Below are positions 62,901 to 64,000 of a stretch of 64,000 nucleotides of DNA, piece by piece. A program made the translations under genes and the position numbers. The DNA lies in NCBI GenBank assembly GCA_002269645.1, contig NIVC01000886.1, forward strand, positions 1 to 64,000, in the 5' to 3' direction. The stretch's first letter is position 1. The number at the start of each line of letters is the position of its first letter. Below the pieces are notes generated by a model, which saw only the letters and a program-made list of their open reading frames with translations, was not told where the DNA came from and searched no databases. The DNA comes from Macrostomum lignano. Lineage: Eukaryota.

Positions 62901-64000
62901 TCCCCATTCCTTAAGTCCCAGATCCCCATTCCCCAAGTCCTAGATCCCCATTCCCCAAGTCTCAGATCCCCATTCCCCATTCCCCAAGCCCAGATCCCCA
63001 TTCCCCAAGTCCCAGATCCCCATTCCTTAAGTCCCAGATCCCCATTCCTTAGTCCCAGATCCCCATTCCCCAAGTCCCAGATCCCCATTCCTTAGTCCCA
63101 GATCACCATTCCCCAAGTCCCAGATCCCCATTCCCCAAGTCCCCCCAGATCCCCATTCCTTAAGTCCCAGATCCCCATTCCCCAAGTCCCAGATCCCCAT
63201 TCCTCAAGTCCCAGATCCCCATTCCTCAAGTCCCAGATCCCCATTCCCCAAGTCCCAGATCCCCATTCCCCAAGTCTCAGATCCCCATTCCCCATTCCCC
63301 AAGCCCAGATCCCCATTCCCCAAGTCCCAGATCCCCATTTCCCAAGTCCCAGATCCCCATTTCCCAAGTCCCAAATCCCGATCCAATTTCCGAAATCCCA
63401 GATCGATCCCATTCCTATGTCCCTATTCTCAAATCCCCAACATGCCAAATCTCACTAGAAATCCCATTCCAACAAATTGAAATTCACCCAACCGCCCGCT
63501 CAGGCCAAGTCCAGCCAGCCGAACCTCCGGCCGCCGCTGCCTCCCCTACTCGAGTTGGACAAAGCAAAAAAAGTGGCCGAGAAAGCCGCCGCCTCGGACA
63601 GCGGCGACCCCAACTCAAAGCTGGCCTCGCAAACTGACCCGGAGTCTGCCGCTTATCTGGACCTGTGCGGTGCCGGCAGTCCGCAGGACGATTCCCTGCA
63701 GACTCCCGGCAGCTCAGCGCCCATCGGCGTTCGCGTCACCCACCGAGCCGCCATGGCCGCCTGTCAGTGCCTGCAGACTCGCTGCGACCTGCAGCTTGGC
63801 CGAGACCTGCCCGCCTGTGTGGACCTGTACAGCGGCGGGATGGCCTTCATTGTTGCCTGTCTGGCTAGCGTAGCCTGCGGGCATCACACCCTGCTCATGC
63901 CAGCCGGCGCCTTGTCATTGGAGCCCAGCGCTTCTGGCGCTGCCGGATTCTTGCAGATGCTGGCGCAGCGGTCTGTGCGTGACGCCCTGTGCGGCTATGA
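53979..64000 (+). CDS. DIP2: Disco-interacting protein 2 homolog (tandem ANL/FAAL-like domains), 3'-incomplete
   Basis: Exons 53979-53991 (tentative), 54402-54715, 55440-55925, 56581-57351, 59267-59593, 61156-61419, 61821-62573, 63504 to past 64000, phases consistent. DIP2 motifs LTYAKL-AY-LL-K, KPGDRAALL, AGVVPVPVE, RRHSAEDIIATVLAVEPLKFVYRGRIAVF, RIVVVAEQRPD, VYCLALVPANSLP, AYLD, RDALCGY. Confidence 0.93.
54835..55372. repeat. 23-bp pyrimidine minisatellite (CCCTCTACCTGTCTCCCTCTCTC), DIP2 intron
   Basis: Period from 54921, 54944, 54967. Confidence 0.93.
55980..56470. repeat. 23-bp minisatellite (GTCTAATAGTGCCCTCCCTGCAT), DIP2 intron
   Basis: Period from 56101 and 56124. Confidence 0.95.
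57370..59150. repeat. 20-bp minisatellite (AGCTTCCCAGATCCTTAAAT), DIP2 intron
   Basis: About 88 diverged units. Confidence 0.95.
59660..61100. repeat. 17-bp minisatellite (CCCAGATCCTCAACTAC), DIP2 intron
   Basis: Highly homogeneous core 59800-60970. Confidence 0.95.
61438..61750. repeat. 30-bp minisatellite (AATAAGATACCCTCTGGGGATACCTGTCTC), DIP2 intron
   Basis: About 10 units. Confidence 0.95.
62660..63420. repeat. 22-bp minisatellite (GTCCCAGATCCCCATTCCCCAA), DIP2 intron
   Basis: Period from 62761, 62783, 62805. Confidence 0.95.

Noticed and set aside
54727-63448. Long intronic ORFs (54727-55476, 59705-60751, 61232-61784, 62700-63448)
   Set aside because: All derive from tandem repeats inside DIP2 introns.

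Overview
Eukaryotic (animal) genomic DNA: short GC-rich GT-AG exons separated by introns and spacers that mostly carry private minisatellites. The style suggests a flatworm such as Macrostomum (inference only). Genes I could splice by hand with consistent intron phases: a kinase-less PAK-type CRIB/PBD protein (+), a complete divergent synapsin (-), an orphan two-TM protein (-), a tentative orphan multi-exon gene (+), an intronless C-type lectin (-), four tandem EF-hand/calmodulin-like genes (+) and the 5' part of DIP2 (+, runs off the window). Mobile DNA: two RNase H-bearing LOA/R1-group non-LTR retrotransposons, a near-intact Ty3/Gypsy LTR element, a Tc1/IS630-like deletion derivative, a foldback element, hAT-type MITEs and a tRNA-like SINE head. 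About 26 tandem arrays produce most of the long ORFs in the track, which are not genes. The most unusual items are (1) a full-length, TSD-flanked LINE in which ORF1 runs directly into RT-RNase H with no endonuclease domain, (2) a kinase-free protein with a split PAK autoinhibitory module, and (3) an EF-hand cluster showing graded loss of Ca-binding loops. Several frameshifts are single-base differences in homopolymers and may be assembly errors. No database searches were run; family assignments come from recognised motifs.
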